DNA of 64,000 nucleotides. Origin: Stegostoma tigrinum (Eukaryota). The notes beneath the pieces were generated by a model. It did no database searches, was not told the origin of the DNA, and saw only the letters and a program-made list of their open reading frames with translations. The stretch is taken from NCBI RefSeq assembly GCF_030684315.1, contig NC_081391.1, forward strand, positions 26,412,888 to 26,476,887, given 5' to 3'. The translations under genes were made by a program, and so were the position numbers. Shown one piece after another: positions 51,346 to 64,000 of this stretch (position 1 is its first letter; each line of letters opens with the position of its first letter).

Positions 51346-51995
51346 ATCATTATGCTCTTGAATGCCTCCCAATTGTGAGACATCCTTTTACCTTTGAACA
51401 GTTTATTCCAATCAACTTTTGAAAGTTTTTGTCTCATACCATTAAAATTTGCCTTACTCCAGTTAAGAACTTTAACTTTTATGGAAGGCTTATCTTTTCC
51501 ATAATCATTTTGAAACTAATAGAATTATGACTGCTAGACTCAAATTGTTCTCCCACTTTTACTTCTGTCACTTTCCCTGCCTTATTGCCCAAAAGAAGAC
51601 CTAGTTTGGCTCCTTCTCTAGTGGGTGCATCCACATATTGATAAAGAAAATTTTCTTGAACACATTTGCCAAATTTGTCACCATCCAAACCTTGAACCCT
51701 ACGGTAGCCCCAGTCAATGTTTGGAAAATTAAAGTCCCCCAGTATTACAACCTTATGTTTACATATATCTAAAATCTCCCCATGTATTTGTTTCTCAATT
51801 TCCTTCTTACTATTGTGGGGCCTGCAATACAATCCCATCAAAGTGATCTTTCCTTTCTTATTTGTAATTTTTACTCATATATTTTCAGTGGGCGATTTTT
51901 CAGAAATATCTTCCTGAGTTACAGCAGTAATGTATTCCTGAAACAAAAATGCCACCTCCTGCCCCCGACCACCTCAAATTATTGACGGTAAGAGC

Positions 51996-52207
51996 TAACA
52001 TGGTGTAGAGCTGGATGAACACAGCAGGCCGAGCAGGAAAGCTGACATTTCAGGACTAGACCTTTCTTCAGAAATCCGATTTCTGAAGAAGGGTCTAGGC
52101 CTGAAACCTCAGCTTTCCTGCTCCTCTGATGCTGCTTGGCATGCTGTGTTCATCCAGCTCTACACCTTGTTATCTCAGATTCTCCAGTATCTGCAGTTTC
52201 TACTACT
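51996..52207. mobile_element. Mini fold-back Penelope-like insertion (older subfamily)
   Basis: Inverted arms around ttcttcagaaatccgatttctgaagaa. Confidence 0.8.
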
Positions 52208-52482
52208 CCCTCAAATAATTGCCTCTTTTTCTAAGCTTCCTGTGGCATCTAAAACCCGGAATATTAAGCTGCCAGTCTTGTCCATTACTCAGCCAAGTTT
52301 CTGGAATAGTTCTGATGACCCAATCCCATGTTCTTAAACACGCCCTGAGTTCATCAGCCTCACCTGTAAGACCCCTTGCATTGAAATAAATGCAGTTTAG
52401 TTTTTCAGAGTTACTACATACTCTCATTTGTCTTTTCTAATTGACATGCTCTCCTCACGTTCAGAACATTCCCCACCAATCG

Positions 52483-52700
52483 AAAGAACTGCAGATGATG
52501 TGAATCAGGATTAAAAACAAAGTTGCTGGAAAAGTTCAGCAGGTCTGGGATCACATGTGAAGGAAAAAAAAACTGAGTTAATGTTTCGGGTCTGGTCTAG
52601 AACTGAGGAAGAGTCACCGGATCTGAAATGTTAATTGTTTATTTCCTTCACAGATGCTGCCAGACCTGCTGAGCTTTTCCAGCAACTTCCGTTTTTATTC
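52483..52700. mobile_element. Fold-back insertion of another Penelope-like terminal family
   Basis: gttgctggaaaagttcagcaggtctgg / ccagacctgctgagcttttccagcaac inverted pair; CTGAGGA..GAAA core. Confidence 0.7.
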
Positions 52701-54979
52701 CCTATCAATCCTTCTGTTTACACTGCTGCTTAGAATTCCTTCACACCCCCTCTCTGTCAGTATAAAGTCTCCCTTAATGGAATGAGCTAGTTGCCCTGCC
52801 AAGCTATTGATCCCTTTCCAGTTGACATTCGACCCATCCTGTTTGAACAGCTCTTTCTATGCCAGAAAGTATTCCAACCGACCAAAAACCCGAATCCCTA
52901 GCAATTCACAGCTGTTCACCATTGATTCATCTCCTTTAACCTTTTGTTTCTTCCCTTGTTTGAGTTTGGCATTGGGAGTAAACCAGAAATTACTACTTTC
53001 AGGGTTCTATTTTTTAATTTTCTACCTAACCTCTCAAACTTACTCTACACTGCTCTAATCTTTTCCCTAAAAGTGTCATTCCAACCAATGTATACAATGA
53101 TTTGTGGCTTCTCGATCCCACGTTTAACAATTTGCTTGAAATGTTGTGAGGTGTCTTTAATCCTAGCACCGGGAAAGCAACAAGCCATGCTAAATTTATG
53201 CTCACTGCCGCAGAATCTTCCGTCTACGTCCCTGATAGTAGTCCCCTATAACAATCATTTTATTAAATCCCATCAAATGCTGCCTAACATAAGAATTATT
53301 TCAAGCGTCCAATAACTGACTGCCCCTACAATTTTCCTCAGAGAGACTATCCCCTTCTACAGTTCCAAAACTGAATATCTGTTTGATAGAGGAATAGCCA
53401 CTGGACACTTTGTAACTACCGTATTGTGCCTTTGTTTAAGAAGGTATGTAGGGAGAAGCCTAGGAACTATAAATTTGAGAGCCTGACTTCTGTGGTGGTT
53501 AAGTTGCTGGAGGTGATTCTGAAAAGATTTATATGCACATTGAGAGGCAAGGAATGATTAGGGATGGTCAGCACAGTCTTATGTGAGAGAAATAGTGTGT
53601 CACAAACTTGATTGAGATTTTTGAGGAAGTGACCAGGAAAATTGATGAGGGCACAGTGATGTATGTTGTTTACTTAGACTTTAGTAGACCCTTTGACAAG
53701 GTTCCACATGGTTGACTAATTAGTAAAGTTGAATAACATGGGATTCAGGGTGAGCTTGCAAATTGTATTTAAAATTGGCTTAATGGCAGAAAACAGAGTT
53801 GTGGTGGAGGGTTGCTTTTCAGACTGGAGGCCTGTCAATGGTGCTATTCCACAGGGATCGTGCTGGGTCCTCTTGTTTGTCATTTACAGAAATGATTCAG
53901 ATAAGAAGGCATGGTTAGTAAATTTGCAGATGACGCCAAAATTGGTGGTATAGTGGACAGTGAAGAAAGAGATCCAAGATTACAAAGAGATCTTGATTAA
54001 GGGCCAACGATCTCAGGCTTGGCAGATGGAGTTTAATTTAGATAAATGTGAGATGTTACGTTCTGGTAAAATGAATAATGGCAGGACCGTTACAATTAAT
54101 AGTGGGACCCTGGGTAGTGTTGTAGAACAAAGAGACCTGGGAGTTCATATTCATAATTCTGTGAAGGTTGCATTCCATATAGATAGGTTGGTTAAGAAGG
54201 CATTTAGCACACTTGCTTTCGTTGTTCAGACCTTTTGAGTATAGGAGTTGGGCAGCATGTTGAGGTAGTACAAAACGTTGGTGAGACCTCTTCTGGTGTA
54301 CTGTGTCCAGTTCTGGTCACTTTGTTATAAGAAGGATATTATTAAGCTAAAGAGGGTCCAAAAAAGATTTACCAGGATATTGCCAGGAATGGAGGATTTT
54401 CATTATAAGGAGAGGCTGGATAGGCTGTGACTTTATTAACTGGAACATTGGAGATTGAGAGGGTGACCGTAAAGAAGTTTATAAAATAATGAGGGATATA
54501 GATAATGTTAATGGCAGGTGTCTTTTCCATAGAGTTGTGGATTTGAAGACTAGGAAGCATATTTTTAAGGTGAGAGGGAAGCAACTTAAAAAAGACTTAA
54601 GGGCAACTTTTTTTTCCCCGCACAGTGTAGTTTGTGTCTGGAATGAACTTCCAGAGGAAGTGGTGGATGTGGGTAAAGTTACAATACCTAAAAGACATTA
54701 CACACATAAATAGGAAATGTTTGGACAGATATGGGCATGCGCAGTCAGGTGGGACTAGTTTAGTTTGGGATTATGGTTGGCCTGTTTGGACCAAATAGCC
54801 TATTTCATGCTGTATGACTCTATGACATACACTCACAAGCTCTCTTCCTCTACCCAGAACCAAATCAGGTTAATAGAAGAGATAGAAAACAGATCTGATC
54901 AAACCCAAATGAAACAGGGAGAGATTCATGGGAAATTGTTGTTTGACCTCCTTAATCAAAAGTAGTCCTGGAGATGATA

Positions 54980-55101
54980 ACAAGGTCTAGGCCCGAAACG
55001 TCAGCTTTTGTGCTCCTAAGATGCTGCTTGGCCTGCTGTGTTCATCCAGCCTCACATTTAGTTATCTTGGATTCTCCAGCATCTGCAGTTCCCATTATCT
55101 C
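54980..55101 (+). mobile_element. Penelope-like terminal fragment with imperfect 17-bp TSD
   Basis: tagtcctggagatgata / tagtcccagagatgata flanks. Confidence 0.8.
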
Positions 55102-57099
55102 TAGTCCCAGAGATGATATTGGCTCTGATTGACATTACATTATACTCACTTATGCAAGATGATCACCATTCCTAGTACAGTGTTGGCTGAAGAAATAGAG
55201 AGAATCAGTTTTCACTGCATGAGACAACTGTCGTCTGATCCCCCAGATTCACTGTTGTTTGGACGACAGCTACCGACATGTGATATGCTTCTGCCCTTGT
55301 AAGCATGGCCCCCAGCTCTCCTAGACTTATTCAGTTCAGATAATTTGCCTACCTAAATGCAGTCTACTTCCTGAAAGGAGGCAGCTATTTATGTCAAGAA
55401 CTAATTTGTAAAAAGGCCAAAGATTATTTTTTATTACTCAAGCCATCCAAAGTTTAGTTACAGTTTTGTTTTAATCATAGATTCCTCTCATTGTCTAAGG
55501 GATGCTAGAAAACGTGCAAGAACTGTACTTGCTGAAGTGAAAGTATGAGTTTGGACCGATTCCAGAGGTGTTGATCTTTTGTGACTGATTTGATGGTCAT
55601 AGATGTCACATATCAGACTTACAATTGTTACGTAACAGGATTTAAAGTACGCTTAATGCTGAGCAAGATAATGTCAATATTTGAAAATGATTCCTACCTC
55701 TTTTCAAAGCTGGCTTGTCTTGGCTACATCAGTTGGTCTGTGAAACACCGTAAGTCTCAGCACAGTTCCACAAGCTACACAATGATAATATAGTAACCTG
55801 ATTGCACACGTCAGCTATAATCCACAGTTGCACTTTAGTCTGTTAATAGGAGGAGAGAGGAAGACATGAGTCAGCTGAGGAACGTGCGTAACAAGTAAAG
55901 GGAGGGACAATTCTGGGAACTCCACAGCAGAATCAGAGAGAGCGAGGTTGTGGGGGGGGTGGGGGAAGAGAGAGAGAGAGAGAGAGAGATCTATTTGAAA
56001 CTAATCAGAGAAAAAGCCATTGTGCAGAGGGAGATCAAAAGAAGATGCATTGGGAGAGGCTGGAGATCCGCTATGTGCACTCTGGGAGCAGTGACTAAAG
56101 AGTGATCTAAATGGTTGGGAGAGAAGTTCATTGTATAAAGAGGGCCCCAAAAGAGAGAGATGAATTGGGAGCAAAGAAAGTGATCTGAAGATCAGGAACA
56201 GAGATCCAGTGATCAGAGCTAGATCTACTGGACAAACAGGTTCGCTGGTCAGAGAAAGAGACTAAACCAGCAGATTAACCTTTTACCCATCTTTTCCCAT
56301 TCACACATAGCACTGGATAACCACTATGAAAGCAGAATGGAGTGTCCACTCTGTGGTAATTGGTTTTCCGAAGCACTAATTCAGCAGCATGCTTGGAATT
56401 GTGATGGATCAAGATTTGAGGAAGGTAAGCAGTAACCTGCAGTAACAGAAAGCCCTGCCTCCTGCCTGCAGTCAGTGGTTAGACTGACAAAACCATATCA
56501 TTTTGTAACTTCCTGTGCCACAGGATCATATTCCCCAAGAGCTAAGTTTGCAAAGATAGGAATATAGTAAATGTCAGCTTGACTGCTACGTTATCAGAGA
56601 TGACCTTAGAATGAGATTTTAAACTAAGGTTGTCTGTGCTTTTCTGTGGTTCTGGTCAATGTTCATGATGATGCAAGTGGATGAACAGAGCAGCAGGGAA
56701 GATGTCTCCCTATGTTGTTGCCAATGTTCCTCCCTCAACATATCAGCTCATTCAAGTCATTGTTTGTTTGTGGGAGCTTGCTATGCACATTATAGCTCCT
56801 GCATTTACTGCGTATCAGCACACTGTTGAACTGGGCAGTGCCTGACTGCTTTGTAAAAGAGTCATATTGGACTCAAAACACTAATTTTGTTACTCCCTCC
56901 ACAGATGCTGCTAGAGCTGCTGAGTTTCTCCAGCAGTTTCAGTTTTTACTATTATTAATTGAAAGGTTGCTGTGTGGCTGTAGCTCAACATTTAAATAAC
57001 TTATTAAATGCCACTGTTATTCATAATTTGACAAAAAGCTGAACCTTGATCAATAAAGCATTGTCTTTAATTTCTGTTTGTAAGGGTTGTTGACTAAGC

Positions 57100-57119
57100 A
57101 TGGAGCAGCTTCCGTTGCG
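57100..57119 (+). CDS. Candidate start-codon exon (exon 57085-57119; MEQLPLR) of an unidentified plus-strand gene
   Basis: Acceptor tttctgtttgtaag, Kozak-like agcATGg, donor CG|gtgagt; phase 2. Confidence 0.55.
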
Positions 57120-57894
57120 GTGAGTGTTTTAGCCATTCTCTGGATTGTTTTATTTATCGTGCCAATTACAAATAACATGCAGCTTTTACTTTATATGGTG
57201 GTGGTACCTAGGCTTTTCTGAAAATATCTCTACCCTGCAGATATGACACCCCCAGTCACCCCACACACGCTTTTGTTCTATTTGTTTTTCTGTCTCTTTG
57301 CTGCTATACCTGTCTTTCGCTCTGTCTCTCTCCCTCACTTGCTCATGCTGTCTATCCATCTGTCTCGCGTGCTGCCTCCTCCTCACACAGCCTGTCTCTC
57401 TGTTTCACTGCATGAACCTTCATAACACACACCCTCGGAGATCGCTGCTCAATCAACCTACAGAATTCTATCCAATACATCAACGAGGATCTATTCCCCA
57501 ATTATCTATATTGTACAATACCAACGTACTTTAAACCAACTGAATCACATCCTGTAAGCTCCAAAGATGTATAGTCCATGGCCAATACACCTACATTGGA
57601 CACACAAATACAAATGCTAGAACTGAAATCCACACACTCCTGTCCCGTGAACGTATAGCTCATTCCCACAGGCCAATCCCCTTAAAGCTCTGCTTCACTG
57701 ACCGTGGAGTCCTCGGCTCACAGATCTATAGGCCTCCTAGGATGAACAAGTATATCCCAAAGACTGTGTACACAGGGACTGTAACACAAGCGAGGATTTG
57801 ACGTGGATGGGAAATGGTTTCAGTTTCACATTCTCGCCGTGGAATTTTAACTGAGACACTTAAAATCACAAACAGATTTGATAAAGTAAATAAG

Positions 57895-59180
57895 GATACA
57901 TGTGACTTGGCCACATAGATTCAGAATTGGCTTGCCCACAAAAGGCAGAGGGTGGTGATGGAACAAAGGTTTTCAGCCTGCAGTTCGGTGACTAGTGGTG
58001 TTCCATAGGGATGTGTAATGGGACCTCTGTTTGTGGCACATGTAAATGAATTGGATTTAAAACATAGATGGATAGCTCATATGTTTGCAGACAATACAAC
58101 GATCGGTGGAGTTGTGGATACTGTAGAAGGTTATCAAAGGTTAGAGCTGAATGTAGATCGGTTGCAGATATGGGCGGAAAAGTGGCAGATGGAGTTTAAT
58201 CCAGGCAAGCATGAGATATTGCATGTGGGAGTTCAAATGTTAAGGAAAATTATACAGTTAATGGCAGCACTCCTGAACAACAGTGATGTACAGAGAAATC
58301 TTGGGGTTCAATCCTATAGCACCCTGAGAGTGGCCGCGCAAGTAGATAGGGTGGTAAAGTGCCATACGGCATGTTTGCCTTTATTGTTCAGGGAATTAAG
58401 TACAATAGTCAGGAAGTAATGCTGCAGCTTTATAAGAATTTGGTTAAGCCATACTTAGAGTATTGCATTCAGTTCTGTTTGCCACATTAACGGAAGGATG
58501 TGGAGGCTTTGGAGAGAGCGCAGAAGAGGTTTACCAGGATGCTGCCTGAATTACAGGGTCTGAGCTTTAAGAAGAGGCTAGAAGAATTCGGGTTGTTTTC
58601 TCTAAAGCGGCGAAGGCTGAGGTGAGACTTGATAGAATCAATAAAATTGAGATGCATAGATAAGGTTCATGGTCAGAATGTTTTGCCCAGAGTTGAAATG
58701 TCTAATACCAGGGGACATGCATTTAAGGTAAGAAAGGTAAAGTTTTTATTTACATAGAGAGTGGTAGGAGTGTGGAACGCACTGCCAGGGCTAGTGATGG
58801 AGGCAGATACGGTAGAGGCATTCTAGGGACTTTTAAATAAGCGCATGAATATGCAAAGAATGGAGGGATAGGGACAAAGGGCAGGCAGAAGGGATTAGTT
58901 TAATTTGGTGATAGTAAGAACTGCTGATTCTGGAGTCTGAGATAACATTGTGGAGCTGGAGGAACACAGCAGGCCAGGCATCATCAGAGGAGCAGGAAAG
59001 TTGACGTTTCAGGTCGGGACCCTTCTTCAGTAATGGGGGAGGGGAAGTGGGCTCTGGCTGCGGAAGGTAGGTGGGATGGTGATAGGTGAGTGCAGGTAGG
59101 TAGTGATGGGGATTGGTCAATGTCATGTTTGGCACAGCATTGTGGGCCGAAGGACCTGTTCCTGTGCTGTGCTGTTCTCG
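57895..59180 (+). mobile_element. Degenerate CR1 3' part with a Penelope-like fragment (~58910-59115) in its 3' UTR
   Basis: FADNTTIGGVVD..WAEKWQMEFN. Confidence 0.88.
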
Positions 59181-59653
59181 GGAAAGACTGGGTTTTGCAG
59201 TTTCAAGGCAGAGGAAATGGAGGCAACAAAACTAAACTTTTTAACACTGAGCTATGATCTAGAATATGCTGCCTGAAAGAAAGTTCGGCAATTTGGCATT
59301 CTGCCTCTGTAGCAAAATATGTGCATTGTTTTGGGGGAAGAGCAGGGGGATGATACTGACTGAATAGTCCTTGAACAATGGACTGACTACCATCCTGGAC
59401 TTTTATGAACTTGTAGTTGCAAACAGTTGCAGTACCGATTGGTTACACGTGAGGACACTGTTGTTCGACAGAAACAACTGATTGCAATGCGAAACACGAG
59501 CTCAATCAAAACCCATTCCAGCCAAGTGCACTGACTCAAACTGAGGTAGAGAATCAGAGGTGGTGGTCAGACTCATGAAAGAGCCCTGTCAGTCACGATT
59601 GGCAGCAATTTGAAAAGTTTCTCTTCTAAATAAATTCACCTTCTTGGTGTGAG

Positions 59654-59877
59654 TGATAATGGGAACTGCAGATGCTGTCAAATCCAAGATAACAAAGTGT
59701 GGAGCTGGATGAACACAGCAGGCCAAGCAGCATCTCAGGGGCACAAAAGCTGACGTTTCGGGCCTAGACTCTTCATCAGATTCATCTCTGATGAAGGGCC
59801 TAGGCCTGAAACGTCAGCTTTTGTTCTCCTAAGATGCTGCTTGGCCTGCTGTGTTCATCCAGCTCCACACTTTGTTA
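59654..59877. mobile_element. Mini fold-back Penelope-like insertion with hammerhead cores on both arms, TSD tcaccttcttggtgt
   Basis: TSD at 59636-59650 and 59878-59892; ~90-bp inverted arms. Confidence 0.9.
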
Positions 59878-60036
59878 TCACCTTCTTGGTGTATTCATTT
59901 TCTCAGTGGATAAGAAACAATAAGTTTGGCAGGTTGCCATAATTTGTTCCTTGTGTAGGTTTCTGACAGATAAGGGGTGGGCAAGTTTTCTCTCTGGGGT
60001 ATTTATTCCTGTTTAATTTTTTTTCTGCTGATTCAG

Positions 60037-60145
60037 GGTGAGAATTATCAGTTCGCAACTTGCACCAGTCACTGTCACCAACGGCTGGTTGGAGAGGGTT
60101 CAGGTGTTTCCTCGGGTATCACTGCAATTCCACACTGCAGCACAG
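60037..60145 (+). CDS. Candidate exon (VRIISSQLAPVTVTNGWLERVQVFPRVSLQFHTAAQ) of the unidentified gene
   Basis: Acceptor ttttttttctgctgattcag and donor CAG|gtatgt; phase 2-0 continues MEQLPLR. Confidence 0.6.
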
Positions 60146-60636
60146 GTATGTTCAGTAGCTACCTGCAGTGTTACTGGTGTTATTGTGACTACCTCCTCTC
60201 TGTCAGTTTGTTCCCTTGTAGCATACCATTGAATTGTAGAACGGCTATGGCACAGTGCATAAAAATGTACAAATTGTGAGCAGGAATAAACCGTTTGCCT
60301 CCTTGTGCCAGCACTGCCACTCAGCAATATCATGGCTAATCTGTTTATGGTCTTAACTCCTGCTTTCCCTCCACATAAACCTTGATTTCCTTGTCAATCA
60401 AGAATCTATCTATCTCTGCCTTCAACAGCACGTTCCAAGCCTGTAACCTGTACCTGTTAGAGACAAAAGCATTAGATGCATGGGAACACCATATCTGCAA
60501 CTTCCTGTCCAAGCTATACACTGTCCTTACTTGAAAGTGTATCACCATTCCTTCAGTGACTCAGCATCAAAATTCTGGAACACCATCTCTGTCAATGATG
60601 TGGGTTTCCCTAAATTACTGCACCAATTCAAGATTA

Positions 60637-60953
60637 GGGTGGCACAGTGGCTCAGTGGTTAGCACTGCAGCCTCACAGCTCCAGGGACCCGGGTTCGATT
60701 CCAGCCTCAGTTGACTGTCTGTGTGGAGTTTGCACATTCTCCCTGTGTCTGTGTGGGCTTCCTCTGTGTGCTCTGGTTTCTTCCTACAGTCGAGAGATGT
60801 GCAGGCTAGGTGGATCAGCCATGCCAAATTGCCCATAGTGTTCAGGGGTGTGTGGATTATAGGGGAATGGGACTGGGTGGGATGCTTCAAGGGGCAGTGT
60901 GGACTTGTTGGGCCAAAGGGCGTGTTTCCACACTGTAGGTAATCTAATCTAAT
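60637..60953 (+). mobile_element. tRNA-derived SINE (HE1/V-SINE-like)
   Basis: A box tggctcagtgg and B box ggttcgattcc; (aatct)n tail. Confidence 0.9.
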
Positions 60954-63514
60954 ATTGCTCACTCCCCCTTGTCCAGCATAATGATCGATAGATCATAAAT
61001 GCTGACCTGGCCATTGACACCATAGTCTATAAATGAAGGTGTAAAATATGAAATTTCCTGTCACTTGTCACACATTTTACCAACCTATAACATCAAATTT
61101 TATGTTAGCTGATAATTTTTAAAATTGTGTCATATACACCAAGATCTAGAACATGAATATATTTCAGGACGAATATTACCCATCTGATATATGTTAAAAG
61201 CATATGTTTTCTACTTCGTCTTACCCTCCATCTCTTTTTCACCCAGAGAGCTCTGGATTTGTTTGCCCTACCTTTGCCAGAGTTATTGCAAAAGTTAAAA
61301 TTTTCAGAAAAAATTTCAGAGATTCCATTGGGTTTACTTGATTCTCAGGCCCAGATTACTAGAAAGCACAGAAGTTTCCGTATTGAACAAGAATTATTGT
61401 TTTTTACAAGTATCTAAACTGTATAAACAGGTGTAAACTATTGGCATTTAACACTGCTAACTAAAACTCCAATCCCCTTTCTAAACATATCCAGACAGGG
61501 AAAAAAACATGGATTTTGGATGGATGGAAGAGCAGAAAGAAAATATAGTTCCTGTTCCCAAAGTTTGCTATGATTTTTGTGCTGTTTAGAAGGCTGCTTC
61601 TCAGCCATTCTTCTCCAGCTGCTTCGACTGGTTTGCAGAGGCACAAGTTGACTGGTTCACTTATCAGCTAAAAGTCATAGCTTGCAGCAACTTCTGAAAG
61701 AAAAATAAACTGGGTTTTGAGTACGTTACTGCAGAGAATGGAGAGAGAGTTAAATGGGTTTCTGTATCTTGTTCCCAGCTCCAAACTGTTCAGTTATCTG
61801 AGAACCAATCACATAGTTGTTGGCAGGCTGAAGGCCTTTGCCATCAGTAACTGGACTCTGGTCCACAAACCAATTAGCTTCTTGCTGCCAGCAAAGCTCT
61901 ATCAGTACACATACCCTTGGATTGCTTGTAATTGCCTAGCAAATTTGTTCTTCAACAATCTACCACCACTAATCAATGGCCTGTAGGCTACACCAAACAA
62001 TGTCTTTGCACCTATTTTAGTTTCTTAGCTGAAACAGTTGGATTCTGTCCTTGGCTTCACTGGGACATCCTCTTTCACCAGCCCTCCTCTCCATAATCAA
62101 TGCTGCTGCCTCTTCTCCTTTTCTTATGAACACCTTTATACTGCTGTTCTCTGAGTCTGTTATGTCTGTTTTAGCTACAATTTCATACTTCATTCGGGAA
62201 TCTGTGCCGATAACTCTCCAGTCATATTAACTACATTGCATTCACATAAATCAACAGTAACCCTGACTTACTTTATAACTTTCTCCCTTGCTGTAAACTG
62301 TCCTCGATAATGTACCTTTTCTTGTGCTCTCAAGCTCTTCTAATATTCTGATATCAGCCCTGATTCTATTTTAGTGCAACTCGTCCAGTAAGTGAGATCT
62401 AATTTCTCCCAGAGCCAGTTCCAACGCTCCAAGAACATGAAGCCCCCACCCCTGTCAAAGACCACCGCTACCACACCATCCCTTGCATTCATCTGCTTCT
62501 ATAGTGACTTTCAGGCAGCACAGGGATTAATACAGAATTAACTACTTCTGAGGTCTTGTTTGCTAATTTGCTGTAGCTGCCAAAGTTCTGACTGCAGCTG
62601 TCATTTCTATTTGTGCCAACCTGTTCACCCTCCCGATCATTGTGCTGTGTAGGTACTCAGTGACCTTGGCTCCAAGGAGGCACCATACCATTCTGGATTT
62701 GTTACTAAGTTGTTCCCCTAACTATCAAACTAACTGTTACTATTTTTCATCCCATCTTTCTACAGCCTTTTGTAAACTGAATTACCTGTGGTACCATGCG
62801 CTTGGGTCTGGCAACATTCCCAAAATAAACTATCACTCTGATTAATGCTCAGACAGAATACTGGTTGAAGGCATCTGCTGGGGTCCCCCTTGGCTGGCTG
62901 GTACTCACCTGTTTGCCCTCCACATATACTATTACACAGCAGGACGATCACATTGATAAACATGATACTCATAAAGCTCTTAAAGTTGTGGATGGGGTGC
63001 AGTAAAACTAATTTCATTTCATGCTGTTGGGGCTAATTCCTGCATATCCAGTTATCTGGGACAATGGATATATCTGAAGTTTCAATAAGGACCTGCCCTG
63101 TAATTCCTTTTTCATCATAGAATAAAATGTACTACTAAAAAAGAAAAACACCAATTAATGATACCACTTAGGGAAGTAAGCTAGTATGTTTATTTACTTT
63201 TTTTTCTTGAGATAAAAATTATCCTTCAATTTGTTTAACTGGCACCCTAACTTTGAGTGAAGGAAAGAAGGAAAACAGAGTGTCAATATTCACTCACGAA
63301 ACAACTCTCTATCTTCTGTGATCTCACAGCCTTATTTTATTTTCTAAACACTTCAGTGAAGTGGTTCACCTTGCTCCCTGTTGGCTTCACTCTACTCCCA
63401 ATCAGTTTCAGACTCCTTTGGTGGGATGTTGGCAGAGTGGACATGGCAGTGACAATGAGTAGAAACACCTCTGATAATGGAGGCCATCTTCTTATTTTTG
63501 TATGTTTAATACAG

Positions 63515-63725
63515 AGTATTCTCAGGCAACAACAGCAGTAAAGGAACAAGAGTGTCCACTATGTGGTCAGTATTTCCCCAGTGATGAAATAATGGAACAT
63601 GCAGCATTCTGCAATGGCCCTGGCTACAGCAGGACCCCGGAGCGAGAGATTCCCGGCTGCTTCAGGGCCCTGGAGCAAGTCAATGCCGATAAAGATGCTA
63701 GCAACACTGTGGAACTGTTTTGGAG
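63515..63725 (+). CDS. Exon with UBZ/RAP80-like C2HC zinc finger (ECPLCGQYFPSDEIMEHAAFCNG); acceptor at 63515 or 63526
   Basis: CxxC-x12-H-x3-C; resembles the RAP80 finger (CPLC..F....I..HA..CNG); donor AG|gtatgt. Confidence 0.75.
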
Positions 63726-63884
63726 GTATGTTCATTTTAACATTTCTCCAAAATGCTCAACTGTGTCCTTTCTCTAGGCTAAAGATTCTTTTGTCAACTG
63801 ATTTTGGTGTCACTAACTATTTCTCTCTTATCTGGGCATTGTCAACTGGTAATGTGTAATGACAGCAATGTCAGTGTTGGCAGA

Positions 63885-64000
63885 TGAGGTGGTGATGGTA
63901 TTATTGCTGCACTATTAATCCAGAAGCTTAGCAAATGTTCTGGGGACCCGTGTTCAAATCCTACCACAGCAGGATTGAATTCAGTACATAAGATAAATCT
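63885..64000 (+). mobile_element. Deu-type SINE head
   Basis: Matches the head at 48134 (attaatccaga..ctggggacc..gttcaaatcc). Confidence 0.65.

Larger units (their letters stand above)
49232..53420 (-). mobile_element. Long degenerate CR1 LINE (APE endonuclease + RT remnants) carrying further Penelope-like insertions
   Basis: CIYFNARGL..ETWL, VILGDFNFPNIDW, FVIYINDFDE..SKFEDDTK. Confidence 0.88.
48585..54830 (+). mobile_element. Old CR1 LINE (+) split into 48585-49231 and 53421-54830 by an antisense CR1
   Basis: Left piece ends agagtggctaat (RVAN) and right piece starts attgtgcctttgtttaagaag (IVPLFKK), contiguous in CR1 ORF2. Confidence 0.85.

Noticed and set aside
61247-61417. Additional exon of the plus-strand zinc-finger gene
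   Set aside because: Good acceptor and open frame but no convincing donor and no recognisable peptide; left unannotated.
63515-63725. Assigning UIMC1/RAP80
   Set aside because: Only the finger is similar; no UIM/SIM exons are seen upstream, and the finger appears N-terminal.

Overview
Repeat-rich vertebrate genomic DNA, not prokaryotic. The repeat complement (CR1-type LINEs, HE1/V-SINE-like and Deu-type SINEs, abundant Penelope-like elements) suggests a shark; this is inference. I reconstructed four spliced genes by hand, and the ORF track shows only fragments of them. (1) A minus-strand chain of small exons at 178-6544 encodes a helical, spectrin-repeat/coiled-coil-like protein of unknown identity. 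(2) BAX lies on the plus strand, with the BH3, BH1, BH2 and TM exons at 12913-18468; exons 1-2 are missing, probably in the adjacent assembly gap. (3) A complete 146-aa cytidine deaminase (CDA) lies on the minus strand in 4 coding exons at 40370-46398. (4) An unidentified plus-strand gene has a CpG-rich first exon (~37.5 kb), exons at 57.1 and 60.0 kb, and a RAP80/UBZ-like zinc-finger exon at 63.5 kb; CDA appears nested antisense in its first intron. The most distinctive non-genic signal is a young Penelope-like (RT + GIY-YIG) family. It occurs as fold-back insertions from ~125 bp to 3.3 kb with 12-17 bp target duplications, a one-sided ~38-nt tail and minimal hammerhead-ribozyme cores. The window also has multi-layer nested retroelements, several strand-asymmetric satellites and two N gaps. 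No clearly new system can be proven from sequence alone; the best candidates are listed as findings.
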